Source of the DNA: Trypanosoma brucei
Lineage: Eukaryota
Length of the DNA stretch: 64,000 bases
Reading direction: 5' to 3'
Assembly: GCA_000002445.1 (NCBI GenBank)
Contig: CP000067.1
Location: 896,001-960,000 of the forward strand
In this document: positions 22,630 to 34,041 of the stretch, piece after piece
How the letters are laid out: each line of letters opens with the position of its first letter
Position numbering within the stretch: the stretch's first letter is position 1
Made by a program: the position numbers and the translations under genes
Notes under the pieces: generated by a model
Told to the model about the DNA's origin: nothing
Seen by the model: only the letters and a program-made list of their open reading frames with translations
Database searches by the model: none

Positions 22630-23262
22630 CGGAGAACAACGTCAATATCAAGCCTTTCACATGTTTCCTTAACGATGTCTTCCCCAAACGTGTAGCTGAC
22701 ACCGCGCTCACTCTCCATCCAACCACTTCCCGCCTCCTCGGGATCAGCCCAGAGCAGATCACACGCAAGTCCGGTGTCAGGAACGATAAGTGGGCGCTCG
22801 ATCCTCTCAATCTGTCGTAAGTTGCGTAGGTCCGGGCTCAGACCACCGTGCATGCAGAGTGCAATGTCATCAATGAGCGCAGCAATCGGCAAACAATTGA
22901 ACACATCAGTGAACTCCTTGAATAGTTTCACTGAAAAACGCCGCTTCACCTCATCAAAGAAACCGTATATCCTGCAGATGCTGTCGGATTCATGATTGCC
23001 ACGAAGAACACACATGCCGTCAGGGTACAGGATCTTCAATCCCAGAAGCACAACAATCACCTCCGTCCCATGCTTCCCACGATCTACGTAATCGCCTAAA
23101 AACAGGTAGTTCGTTGCGGGAGGCATCCCACCGGCACGGAATATCTCTACAAGATCACCAATTTGGCCATGAATGTCTCCACAGACGTTGATCGGAGCCT
23201 GCAGTCGAACCAGCATGGGTTGGGCCATGAGGATGGGCCGAACAAGTCGGAGAACGGTGCTG
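22630..23262 (-). pseudogene. Internal fragment of the PP1-like phosphatase gene (about 630 bp, corresponding to about 17738-18382), lacking the N-terminal 57 codons or so and the C-terminal 55 codons or so
   Basis: Near-identical to the middle of 17574..18554. It is joined to the end of EF1B unit 2 at a 6-bp gcgcgg microhomology (22627-22632). It diverges from the parent at about 23262. The track ORF 22599..23228 shows the fused, truncated reading frame. Confidence 0.6.
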
Positions 23263-25727
23263 ATCGTGAGGTCTCCTCTCTAGGAGGTATGGAAATGCTG
23301 TCGCAAACGCACGCGCAGAGGGGACCGAAAAAAAAAAAAGTGAACTTTGTAAAACTTCACCAATGAAATAATAATTTCGTGTGCTCGCCGTAGAAACGGG
23401 CAAACTTTATCCTCTCATACGCGTCATTGCATCATCTTATTACCTTGCATGGTATGTGTGACGGAGCAAGGCTTCGTCGTGCTGTTTCGCCACCAGTGAC
23501 TTAAAGGAGAATACCAGAGGACGAAAACAAAGAAAAGCACAGGAAATTTAGAGAAAACACGTGCTATCTGCATCAGTTATGAAAAAAACGCTGCTTTCCA
23601 GCCAGTTAACACACAAATAATTGTCGCAAAACGCGGACAACCACCAACCTAAATGATTAAGTATAAAAACTTGCGTGCGTGTGCATGCGCATGTATGCGT
23701 TAAATATATGACAACAGGGGCATAAACGTATATGATATTTAACATCGACGTGTTACGCGGTGCCATACGAGGGGGAGAACTGTGCGCGTTGAAGACAATA
23801 TTGAGGAACTCATCGCGCAGAGATGCGAGAAGAAAAAAAAAAAGCAAAACACAAACAACGTAAACTGGACCCTTTTTGTTCCGTTTTCCACCATCTCGTT
23901 ATTTCCCTCCATTTCTTCCCGCAAACAAACTGGACACAAATCAAATTGCTGATGGGCAGTCTCGTCAGGTTTGGTGTGCGGTGTGACGCACAAGAAGTAA
24001 AAACACAAATATCACTTAACACCGTCTTCCTTTCCCTTTCATACTCCCTCGTCATATCTTTCTCAGGTCCTTCCTTCACATTTTCCTCTCCGCATTGCTT
24101 CGTTTCACCTCACCTCGATCACCACTCGCCTCGTCAGCCCCTTTTTTTGTCGCTTCATGTCTCTCCTACACGCACACACACGCAGACACACGTTGGGCCT
24201 GCTCTCCACGCCCTTCTTATATATATATATGAACTCTTCACTCATTCATACCACTTATTCTCCGTACTCTCAAACTTTTTCGTTCCTTTTCCATTTCGAT
24301 TACAACTTACCCCCGCCCGTCGCGCACTCGCAACAGAAGTGGGAAGGAAGAAAAGAATCGACCGATGGCAAAAAGCAGAAAAAAAGAGGGCACCCACTGG
24401 ATGGCGCTGTACAATTAGAGTGAGACAAAAACAAAAACAAGACGAATTATAAAACAGGAATAGCGCTAGAATGAGAAGAATTAAACCTAGAAGAAAAGAA
24501 CACAAAGATAATAAGAAGAGGGGCAAAGGAGGAGAAGAGAGATTTAAAAGAAGGAAAACAAAAAAAAAAGGAAAATGAATGGCTGAAGAATTACCGCCAT
24601 CGCTGCCAGCACTGCCGGTGTCCTTTTTGTGCTGATGGTGGTATTTCTTGCTTCCTTTCTATTACTTCCCTTCCTACCCTTGCCGTTGTGTTTCGGCACG
24701 CCATCCATCACACATCCCTCCGCCCCAACTTCTTTTTCCACGGACACCACTCCTTCCCCTCCCCCCGGCAACCCCGCCAAGTCACAAGACTTCACACACT
24801 GTTATCTGAATGCCCCACAACTCAGACATATGAGTATGTTGTCGGCACACAGCAGTGGTAACGGAGGGTGTGAGTGAGGAGGTCATGGAGGTGAAGGAAA
24901 AATAATTGACCAACTCTACAACGCAACCGTACCCATTATCCCTATACCCACACCGAAAAAAAAAAACGAAAAGGAAAAATTGTAGAGAAACAGGAAGAAC
25001 ATCCATCCCACACACCAATAACATTATAATCCGTTTCACCATTATATGCCCTCACTCTCTCACCTATTCTCGCCGTATTTATACTGGCACCATTTGTCCT
25101 CTCCCTATTCAACTTTCATTTTCATGCATATCATCCCCCACTCTTCACCGGTGCAGTAAACATCAGGAAGAGGTTGGGGAAAGAAAAGCATTGCTCAGGC
25201 GTAACGATATCATAACATGAAAGCAAAAATGGAGAAAACAAGGTGCTACTGCCAATAATGAACATAACAACATATAACTTCACGGAGATACGAAAATGGA
25301 AACTTTAAGAAAAAATGATAAAAACAAACGAATGATGATGGTGGAAATCACTGACACCCATATCAGCACTGTTTGAAGCGGAGGAGGGATAAAAAACATG
25401 TGACATACCGTAACATGTGCAGACGAGTAAAAGGTAGTATAAAGAAAAGTTATGCCCCCGAAGGCAAACAAGAGGGCAACGAACGAAGTAGAGGTGGCTA
25501 CCAATGAGCAAAGCTCAGGGCAACAGAAACTTCTGATAACTAAAAAAAATATTTAAATGGCGTCACCTCCTGTACAACAAGGCCGCTGCAGAGCGTTTGG
25601 CCGATTGCTCTCCTTCCCCATACCCTTGCCCAACAACTCTCCCGCAGTGCATTCAACCATTGCAGACAAACAAAACAACATATCCCATTACTAAATATAC
25701 ACTCACTACGCAACGACTACTTGGCAA

Positions 25728-26612
25728 TCAGCGAGCAGGTATAATGAGAAAGGAACATTGTAACTTCTCGTCAACATTCATGACGGCTGCATCATTGTCA
25801 AATTCACCACAGTAGTTCGGCGCAGAGAAGATGGTCACCAACTGGCGGTTTGCGAAGAAGCCGTAACCACGCTCCATCACTTGGTGAGCACGCACAACAA
25901 GGTCCATATCCACCATATCAAGGAAGTCAGTTACAATGTCTTCCCCAAACAGGTAACTCACACCGCGGTCACTCTCCAGGAAACCCTTTACTTCATCCTC
26001 GGGATCTGCCCACAGCAAGTCACAGAGAATACCTTTGTCAGGCACATCCAGCGGGCGTTCTATTTCATTCACAGAGGCCAATGAAGTCATGTCCGGACTC
26101 AGCCCACCATGCATGCAGATGATTTTCTCGCTCACAACACAGCATACAGGCATAGTGTTAAATACATCTGTGAATGCTTTAAACAGTTTGATGTTATAAC
26201 GTCGCTTTACGTCATCGAAGAAACCGTACATTTTGTTTATGCTCGCACATTCATGATTACCGCGAAGGAGAAAGAAATTCTCCGGATACACAATTTTATA
26301 ACAAAAAAGCAAAGTGATTGTCTCTACGCTGTGTCGGCCACGGTCAACATAGTCACCTAGAAACAGGTAATTTGAATACGGTGGAAATCCACACTTCTCA
26401 AATACGCGCAGCAAGTCGTAGTATTGGCCATGGATATCCCCACAAATCCTCACTGGTGGCGTGATCTCTAGAAGCATGGGCTGTGACATGAATACGTCAC
26501 GAACGGTATTGAGAATTGTCCGTATGTCCTCCTCGCGAATGAGAATTTGCTGTTGCGTTGCACTGCCCTTGGCGCTGAGCATCCGCTCCAGCAGTGTCTG
26601 TACTAGGGTCAT
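25728..26612 (-). CDS. PP1: Ser/Thr protein phosphatase PP1 catalytic subunit, array copy 1 (most diverged)
   Basis: Canonical PP1: [69 protein letters not shown]. 294 aa. ATG verified. Confidence 0.9.
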   Translation of the reverse strand: MTLVQTLLERMLSAKGSATQQQILIREEDIRTILNTVRDVFMSQPMLLEITPPVRICGDIHGQYYDLLRVFEKCGFPPYSNYLFLGDYVDRGRHSVETITLLFCYKIVYPENFFLLRGNHECASINKMYGFFDDVKRRYNIKLFKAFTDVFNTMPVCCVVSEKIICMHGGLSPDMTSLASVNEIERPLDVPDKGILCDLLWADPEDEVKGFLESDRGVSYLFGEDIVTDFLDMVDMDLVVRAHQVMERGYGFFANRQLVTIFSAPNYCGEFDNDAAVMNVDEKLQCSFLIIPAR

Positions 26613-26780
26613 CCTTACGGGCTGGGTTGTCGGGCTAAACTACGCACGTCGATCGGATGCACACTCACACGAGTGCTACTCCTCCCCCGCCTTGCTTTCG
26701 TGTCCCTTAGTTATCGCTCTTGTCTGACGACTTCGATGCTACCTACACACTTGCTAGTAAGCCAGTAACACCTAATTACT

Positions 26781-26818
26781 AAACGAAAGCAAAGAAAGAT
26801 GGAAGGAAAGGGAAAAAG
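26781..26818 (-). promoter_or_regulatory. Polypyrimidine tract upstream of PP1 copy 1 (repeated upstream of copies 2 and 3 at +1921 and +3842)
   Basis: Plus strand aaacgaaagcaaagaaagatggaaggaaagggaaaaag, about 170-200 nt upstream of the ATG at 26612. Confidence 0.4.
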
Positions 26819-27648
26819 TAATTAGAGCGGTGCGGTTTCGCGGTTACAGCAAACATGCCAAGAACCTACGGGGCGTCCCTGCGCAACGGAAGGAACCTCA
26901 AACAGGGGAAGCCCAACAGCAACAGCCAGGGTGACGACTTTTACGTATTCACAACATTGTTCCCGCCTAGACAGCTGTGCCACTGAGTGCAATGACGAGA
27001 GAGCAAAGCTACAGGGGTGAAAATATAAACATGCATAAAAGGGGGGATAGAATATTAGAATATTTATCTGAAACGGTGGCAGGGTGGACAAATCTCAAGC
27101 AGCAAACCCAACCCAAATTTCAAGCCACAGTCCATTTCAGGGTGATGGGTGTACATGAACTCTTTAACATGAGATTACGACAATTCCTCAGACAGCGTAT
27201 TTGTTTCCACTCCTTCATTTTCTCCTCTGAACGCATATGTGGAAATATAAGCCATGACAAAGCACGCTTTTCTTAACGTCAGCCCTCATTACCAGAAAAC
27301 GGAAACACACATGAACATATCTGCAAATGATGGGAGAGTAGATGGGCGGGGGGAACGAATGGTTGAAGGAGCGAATGTATCATCACCGCCGCAAAAAAAC
27401 AAAAAAAAGACAGCGAAAAGTTGCAATTCAACGAGAGCGGGTGTGGAAAAAATGACCCATCCGGGCCTATTGACTGGGAGGTTTAACCTGATAAAGGACC
27501 CTACCCATGCTGCCATTAACTTAAACTCACTTCGTATAACAAACGATTTCTTCGCATTTCATCACGTCACACGCACTATCAAGACCATTCCGTGATTCAC
27601 ACATTGTCGCAGATACAAAAACGTCAGTACCCGACTCCCCGGCCCACA

Positions 27649-28533
27649 TTAGCGAGCTGCAATGATAGCAAAAGAACATTGTAACTTCTCGTCGACATTC
27701 ATGACGGCTGCATCATTGTCAAATTCACCACAATAGTTCGGCGCAGAGAAGATGGTCACCAACTGGCGGTTTGCGAAGAAGCCGTAACCACGCTCCATCA
27801 CTTGGTGAGCACGCACAACAAGGTCCATATCCACCATATCAAGGAAGTCAGTTACAATGTCTTCCCCAAACAGGTAACTCACACCGCGGTCACTCTCCAG
27901 GAAACCTTTTACTTCCTCCTCAGGATCTGCCCACAGCAAGTCACAGAGAATACCTTTGTCAGGCACATCCAGCGGGCGTTCTATTTCGCTTACGCAAGCC
28001 AACGAAGTCATGTCCGGACTCAGCCCACCATGCATGCAGATGATTTTCTCACCTACAACACAGCATACAGGCATAGTGTTAAATACATCTGTGAATGCTT
28101 TAAACAGTTTGGCGTTATAACGTCGCTTTACGTCATCGAAGAAACCGTACATTTTGTTTATGCTCGCACATTCATGATTACCGCGAAGGAGAAAGAAATT
28201 CTCCGGATACACAATTTTATAACAAAAAAGCAAAGTGATTGTCTCTACGCTGTGTCGGCCACGGTCAACATAGTCACCTAGAAACAGGTAATTTGAATAC
28301 GGTGGAAATCCACACTTCTCAAATACGCGCAGCAAGTCGTAGTATTGGCCATGGATATCCCCACAAATCCTCACTGGTGGCGTGATATCTAGCACAACCG
28401 GCTGTGACATGAATACGTCACGAACGGCATTGAGAATTGTCCGTATGTCCTCCTCGCGAATGAGAATTTGCCTTTGAGCCGTGTTTCCCTTGGCGCTGAG
28501 CATCCGCTCCAGCAGTGTCTGTACTAGGGTCAT
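27649..28533 (-). CDS. PP1: PP1 catalytic subunit, array copy 2
   Basis: Same family. Offset by 1921 bp from copy 1. Confidence 0.9.
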   Translation of the reverse strand: MTLVQTLLERMLSAKGNTAQRQILIREEDIRTILNAVRDVFMSQPVVLDITPPVRICGDIHGQYYDLLRVFEKCGFPPYSNYLFLGDYVDRGRHSVETITLLFCYKIVYPENFFLLRGNHECASINKMYGFFDDVKRRYNAKLFKAFTDVFNTMPVCCVVGEKIICMHGGLSPDMTSLACVSEIERPLDVPDKGILCDLLWADPEEEVKGFLESDRGVSYLFGEDIVTDFLDMVDMDLVVRAHQVMERGYGFFANRQLVTIFSAPNYCGEFDNDAAVMNVDEKLQCSFAIIAAR

Positions 28534-29569
28534 CCTTACGGGCTGGGTTGTCGGGCTAAACTACGCACGTCGATCGGATGCACACTCACACGAGTGCTAC
28601 TCCTCCCCCGCCTTGCTTTCGTGTCCCTTAGTTATCGCTCTTGTCTGACGACTTCGATGCTACCTACACACTTGCTAGTAAGCCAGTAACACCTAATTAC
28701 TAAACGAAAGCAAAGAAAGATGGAAGGAAAGGGAAAAAGTAATTAGAGCGGTGCGGTTTCGCGGTTACAGCAAACATGCCAAGAACCTACGGGGCGTCCC
28801 TGCGCAACGGAAGGAACCTCAAACAGGGGAAGCCCAACAGCAACAGCCAGGGTGACGACTTTTACGTATTCACAACATTGTTCCCGCCTAGACAGCTGTG
28901 CCACTGAGTGCAATGACGAGAGAGCAAAGCTACAGGGGTGAAAATATAAACATGCATAAAAGGGGGGATAGAATATTAGAATATTTATCTGAAACGGTGG
29001 CAGGGTGGACAAATCTCAAGCAGCAAACCCAACCCAAATTTCAAGCCACAGTCCATTTCAGGGTGATGGGTGTACATGAACTCTTTAACATGAGATTACG
29101 ACAATTCCTCAGACAGCGTATTTGTTTCCACTCCTTCATTTTCTCCTCTGAACGCATATGTGGAAATATAAGCCATGACAAAGCACGCTTTTTTTAACGT
29201 CAGCCCTCATTACCAGAAAACGGAAACACACATGAACATATCTGCAAATGATGGGAGAGTAGATGGGCGGGGGGAACGAATGGTTGAAGGAGCGAATGTA
29301 TCATCACCGCCGCAAAAAAACAAAAAAAAGACAGCGAAAAGTTGCAATTCAACGAGAGCGGGTGTGGAAAAAATGACCCATCCGGGCCTATTGACTGGGA
29401 GGTTTAACCTGATAAAGGACCCTACCCATGCTGCCATTAACTTAAACTCACTTCGTATAACAAACGATTTCTTCGCATTTCATCACGTCACACGCACTAT
29501 CAAGACCATTCCGTGATTCACACATTGTCGCAGATACAAAAACGTCAGTACCCGACTCCCCGGCCCACA

Positions 29570-30454
29570 TTAGCGAGCTGCAATGATAGCAAAAGAACAT
29601 TGTAACTTCTCGTCGACATTCATGACGGCTGCATCATTGTCAAATTCACCACAATAGTTCGGCGCAGAGAAGATGGTCACCAACTGGCGGTTTGCGAAGA
29701 AGCCGTAACCACGCTCCATCACTTGGTGAGCACGCACAACAAGGTCCATATCCACCATATCAAGGAAGTCAGTTACAATGTCTTCCCCAAACAGGTAACT
29801 CACACCGCGGTCACTCTCCAGGAAACCCTTTACTTCCTCCTCAGGATCTGCCCACAGCAAGTCACAGAGAATACCTTTGTCAGGCACATCCAGCGGGCGT
29901 TCTATTTCATTCACGGCAGCCAACGAAGTCATGTCCGGACTCAGCCCACCATGCATGCAGATGATTTTCTCACCTACAACACAGCATACAGGCATAGTGT
30001 TAAATACATCTGTGAATGCTTTAAACAGTTTGATGTTATAACGTCGCTTTACGTCATCGAAGAAACCGTACATTTTGTTTATGCTCGCACATTCATGATT
30101 ACCGCGAAGGAGAAAGAAATTCTCCGGATACACAATTTTATAACAAAAAAGCAAAGTGATTGTCTCTACGCTGTGTCGGCCACGGTCAACATAGTCACCT
30201 AGAAACAGGTAATTTGAATACGGTGGAAATCCACACTTCTCAAATACGCGCAGCAAGTCGTAGTATTGGCCATGGATATCCCCACAAATCCTCACTGGTG
30301 GCGTGATATCTAGCACAACCGGCTGTGACATGAATACGTCACGAACGGCATTGAGAATTGTCCGTATGTCCTCCTCGCGAATGAGAATTTGCCTTTGAGC
30401 CGTGTTTCCCTTGGCGCTGAGCATCCGCTCCAGCAGTGTCTGTACTAGGGTCAT
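29570..30454 (-). CDS. PP1: PP1 catalytic subunit, array copy 3
   Basis: Same family. Offset by 1921 bp from copy 2. Confidence 0.9.
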   Translation of the reverse strand: MTLVQTLLERMLSAKGNTAQRQILIREEDIRTILNAVRDVFMSQPVVLDITPPVRICGDIHGQYYDLLRVFEKCGFPPYSNYLFLGDYVDRGRHSVETITLLFCYKIVYPENFFLLRGNHECASINKMYGFFDDVKRRYNIKLFKAFTDVFNTMPVCCVVGEKIICMHGGLSPDMTSLAAVNEIERPLDVPDKGILCDLLWADPEEEVKGFLESDRGVSYLFGEDIVTDFLDMVDMDLVVRAHQVMERGYGFFANRQLVTIFSAPNYCGEFDNDAAVMNVDEKLQCSFAIIAAR

Positions 30455-30852
30455 CCTTACGGGCTGGGTTGTCGGGCTAAACTACGCACGTCGATCGGAT
30501 GCACACTCACACGAGTGCTACTCCTCCCCCGCCTTGCTTTCGTGTCCCTTAGTTATCGCTCTTGTCTGACGACTTCGATGCTACCTACACACTTGCTAGT
30601 AAGCCAGTAACACCTAATTACTAAACGAAAGCAAAGAAAGATGGAAGGAAAGGGAAAAAGTAATTAGAGCGGTGCGGTTTCGCGGTTACAGCAAACATGC
30701 CAAGAACCTACGGGGCGTCCCTGCGCAACGGAAGGAACCTTAGAGTGATAACTTCTTTGTTGTAGCTTAACGTAAAACACAGATCAATACGCTTCGTGAA
30801 GTTAGAACCATCACTAAAAAATATAACTGCATTACCCTATTTCGGCACCTAT

Positions 30853-31362
30853 TTATACAACATCAGTTTCTTGTGCCCTCGCGAGCCAAGTTCGGGGAAC
30901 CATGACACGAACGGACCGCTGAAACGGGACACGGTCAAGTATGAACTTTCGCAGTTGCTTCAACCATGCGGAAGTGTCTCCCACACGGGGTGACGCAGTT
31001 GGTGCCTCTTCCATGAGCCCACTCGATTGAATCTCTACGGCACAACTAAAGATAATTTCCGCCCTTCGAGGTGCCACTCCCGCTGATTGCCCGGGTTGCA
31101 ATAGTCCTGAAGCAAATACCTGGCGGCGCATGGCTTCGCGCAACCGTCCGAGTTCGTCGTCCTGGACTGAAAGTTTCTCCTTTCGCCTCAGGCGGAACCG
31201 CATCTCCTCCGTGATCATATGCTGAGTTCCAACATTTAATTCTTCTAACGGGACCGCGACGTTAGCGTCGTCACCTTCACTCTCAGAAGACGAAATGTCA
31301 TCGTCCCTTATATGATTGATTTTACACGTCCCCCGCCCCCACCCCTTGACCAAGACGGACAT
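30853..31362 (-). CDS. Hypothetical protein (169 aa), acidic Ser-rich N-terminus
   Basis: ATG-initiated ORF in cluster orientation. No recognisable domain. Confidence 0.35.
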   Translation of the reverse strand: MSVLVKGWGRGTCKINHIRDDDISSSESEGDDANVAVPLEELNVGTQHMITEEMRFRLRRKEKLSVQDDELGRLREAMRRQVFASGLLQPGQSAGVAPRRAEIIFSCAVEIQSSGLMEEAPTASPRVGDTSAWLKQLRKFILDRVPFQRSVRVMVPRTWLARAQETDVV

Positions 31363-32223
31363 TCAACTACTCACAGTTTCTAACTTCTCGAGAGAAAGAT
31401 GATAGTTGGAACATTCGAATACCGAAACGAGTGCAAGAAAACACAGGGCGTTGTAAACAGCAGTTCGTTAACTTCAAGGAATCATGGTGATGAAGGTCCC
31501 TCTAAGCAAACCTCGCAAGCTGTCACACAAACGCTGGGTCGTATCTCTGATGTTGTGACAGCGCAACTGAGCCACGTTCACACGTTTCCTCACTACAGCG
31601 GACAAGATAACATCACGATCGTATTTCCTTTCTCAAATGAGCGGAAGAATCACAACAGGTGCTGAGTGTCCGTATAGCATTCTCCAACTTAGAGATTTCT
31701 AGACCATAGCTCCTACAACGCGTGCATGACTATGGTGGCACCGCTAGTGGTAAATCTCAGCTGTGTGGCATTACTGCCAGGACGCTGGTGCCACCGACGG
31801 AAACAAAAGAAAGAGGGAGGAAGTATTCTTTAGTGTTGGGGTGATCGGATGACCAGCAAAAGACCTTACAACAACTCCGCATATTACTCCCCGCAATCCA
31901 CGCCTCCGCCGCCCTACTCAGTTGTGCCCATCCACATAAAATACCGCTCACACTAAAGCGTTTATAAAAAAACGCAATACCAAAGAGGGATTCCGCTGCA
32001 CCGGCAAACGAACTTCGACACGCACGCAATCAATATTCAATTATGCTAGAACTTAAATACCACAATATATACAAAAGGAAGCCGCACAAAGGGAAAAGAA
32101 GGATAAGCTGTAACCTTTAAAACGGCAAAGGAGCAACGCACCAAATCTGCGGGGTAAACACAAACTCATTTTTAAAACTGAATTAGTCGTTGCTTCTCAA
32201 TAGTAGTCCATGCAGTGTCTTCC

Positions 32224-33669
32224 TCACGGAGTGGTGACGACGCCGCGCAACATATTCTTACACGGTCCCTCCCGCTCTGCGCTTATTAGTTGCTCAATGA
32301 GGTCTGGTCGCCCCACAATGCTGGCGCCTCTCGCACAGGCGACACGCACCATATCACTTCTGTGTGTCTTGTAAACATCAAACACATCCTTAATGAAACG
32401 ATCGTAGTTTACCAAAGCAACATAAATTATTGTGTACGCCAATTGTCCGACAATGCGATTGGCGCTCAACTGATCGTCAGAAATGCGGAATACGCGCTCC
32501 TCATCCGGTGCCCGCTCAGCCGCCGCTGTCAGAAACCTAAGTTCTTCCAACAGTTCGTTGGGGCCCTTGACACACTGCTCCTTTGCCAACGCCGCTAGTA
32601 TGTCAACGGGAGTGTCCAGAGGGTATGTTGTCCCCATCACAGTGTTGAAACGCTGGACGAGGGGCTTGCCGCCGCAAAGTCGAGTGTTCTTCGGATAATT
32701 AATGTTGCAGAAAATGGGGACATCCAACAACGTTTCCTCACCAGCCTCACTGGATGCAAGACGGTGGTCTACTTGCAGGTCCAGTCGTGTGTGAAACATC
32801 AATAATGACTTTGAGTAGACGGTTCGGAATGCGGCCATCCGCAACGGTGTTCCGTCAAGATGTTCGTTACCATCACTCAGGAGCAGTGGCCACCCAAAGA
32901 CAAAGGGATTGGATTTCATCATCCTGTCCTCCACAAGACGAAAATGTGGGGAGGTTCCAAGAAACACACTGTATTCACAAGGGTAGTCAAGTTCAAGGTC
33001 CTTTGGATCTCGCCGACGCATGTCCGCCACGAAACGATCCTTCACACTGGTGGGACTTAGCGTTACACCAAGCCTCTCCTGTGTTGACGTTTCCATGGCA
33101 TTTTGCACAGACTCGTAGTAGGGAAGATTTTTCTTCATATGTTCTGCGTCGACATCCAGAAACTCTGAAAAGATGCGCTTAAGTGACTCAAGGGTAGGCT
33201 TCACAGCATACCACAGCAACGGTGGGAAATGGTCTGAAATCTGTATGAGCAACTTTTCAACAGAACTGTTATGATCCCACAGTAGTTTGCATGAATGTTG
33301 TGGCTCATTCACAACGGGGGAGTCTTCCCTGTCGGCAAACGCAAAGGCTTCGCCAATGACGGTGTACTCCGCTTCCTCGTTACCAAGACAGAGACGCCGG
33401 CGCACAATACTGCTCATCCGCGCCGGATCCCATAGCTCCTTGTCGAAACTAAATCGGCGGCGACGCCACGACAACTCATCATATACTTTCACATCACAGG
33501 AAATTGTCTTCTCCGATTTTTGTGCGTCACTGCAGAGCTGTGCTATCCATGAAGGCTTCTGTAAATTGGCACCACTGCCAGTAGAAATGGACCTACAACG
33601 ACGCAGCGATGGTGCGTGTAGTGTGCTCACTGAGAAAAAGACGCGGCCGCAGGCCCCGAAACATCTCAT
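32224..33669 (-). CDS. Hypothetical conserved-looking 481-aa protein
   Basis: Long ORF with ATG verified. Mixed-complexity sequence. No family could be assigned from memory. Confidence 0.5.
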   Translation of the reverse strand: MRCFGACGRVFFSVSTLHAPSLRRCRSISTGSGANLQKPSWIAQLCSDAQKSEKTISCDVKVYDELSWRRRRFSFDKELWDPARMSSIVRRRLCLGNEEAEYTVIGEAFAFADREDSPVVNEPQHSCKLLWDHNSSVEKLLIQISDHFPPLLWYAVKPTLESLKRIFSEFLDVDAEHMKKNLPYYESVQNAMETSTQERLGVTLSPTSVKDRFVADMRRRDPKDLELDYPCEYSVFLGTSPHFRLVEDRMMKSNPFVFGWPLLLSDGNEHLDGTPLRMAAFRTVYSKSLLMFHTRLDLQVDHRLASSEAGEETLLDVPIFCNINYPKNTRLCGGKPLVQRFNTVMGTTYPLDTPVDILAALAKEQCVKGPNELLEELRFLTAAAERAPDEERVFRISDDQLSANRIVGQLAYTIIYVALVNYDRFIKDVFDVYKTHRSDMVRVACARGASIVGRPDLIEQLISAEREGPCKNMLRGVVTTP

Positions 33670-34041
33670 GTTCGCCCTCCGTTAGCCCCTAGTGCAGACT
33701 GCAACCTAATAAAACACACACTCCGAACACGGCCGTTCACCCCCTGTGCGGTGCCAAAATGAAAAAAAAAAGGACAGCACGTTCCTGTGTATGAATGGGT
33801 GTGAGGCAAAGAGGAGGGATTAATAAAAAAACAAATGAGAAACAATGTTGTCACTGCGCTCGTAACGGACGTGCGCATCCACATTTACCCGCTTGCAGCG
33901 CGGGGCGGTACCACATTGACACCCCGAATATTAGTCTTACGCGCCAAAACGACGTCTCGCACAGCCTACGTATACCTCCATACGATCGGTACTGCGTTAT
34001 GATTATCGAGTCCACACACACACACATCGAACGGTTCTGGG

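Larger units (their letters stand above)
18650..22632. repeat. Tandem duplication of an EF1B-containing 1.94-kb unit (period 2057 bp, with a 117-bp unique spacer at 20591-20706)
   Basis: All ORFs at 18783-20578 recur at +2057. Confidence 0.85.
25714..30740. repeat. Tandem array of PP1 genes, 1921-bp unit x3
   Basis: ORFs recur at +1921 and +3842. The flanks of copies 2 and 3 are near-identical. Copy 1 has a distinct downstream flank below about 25714. Confidence 0.85.

Noticed and set aside
23823-24452. 209-aa plus-strand ORF in the long spacer
   Set aside because: It is low-complexity (Ser/Phe/His runs), opposite in strand to every gene in the cluster, and lies in AT-rich repeat-bearing spacer. 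It is very likely non-coding.
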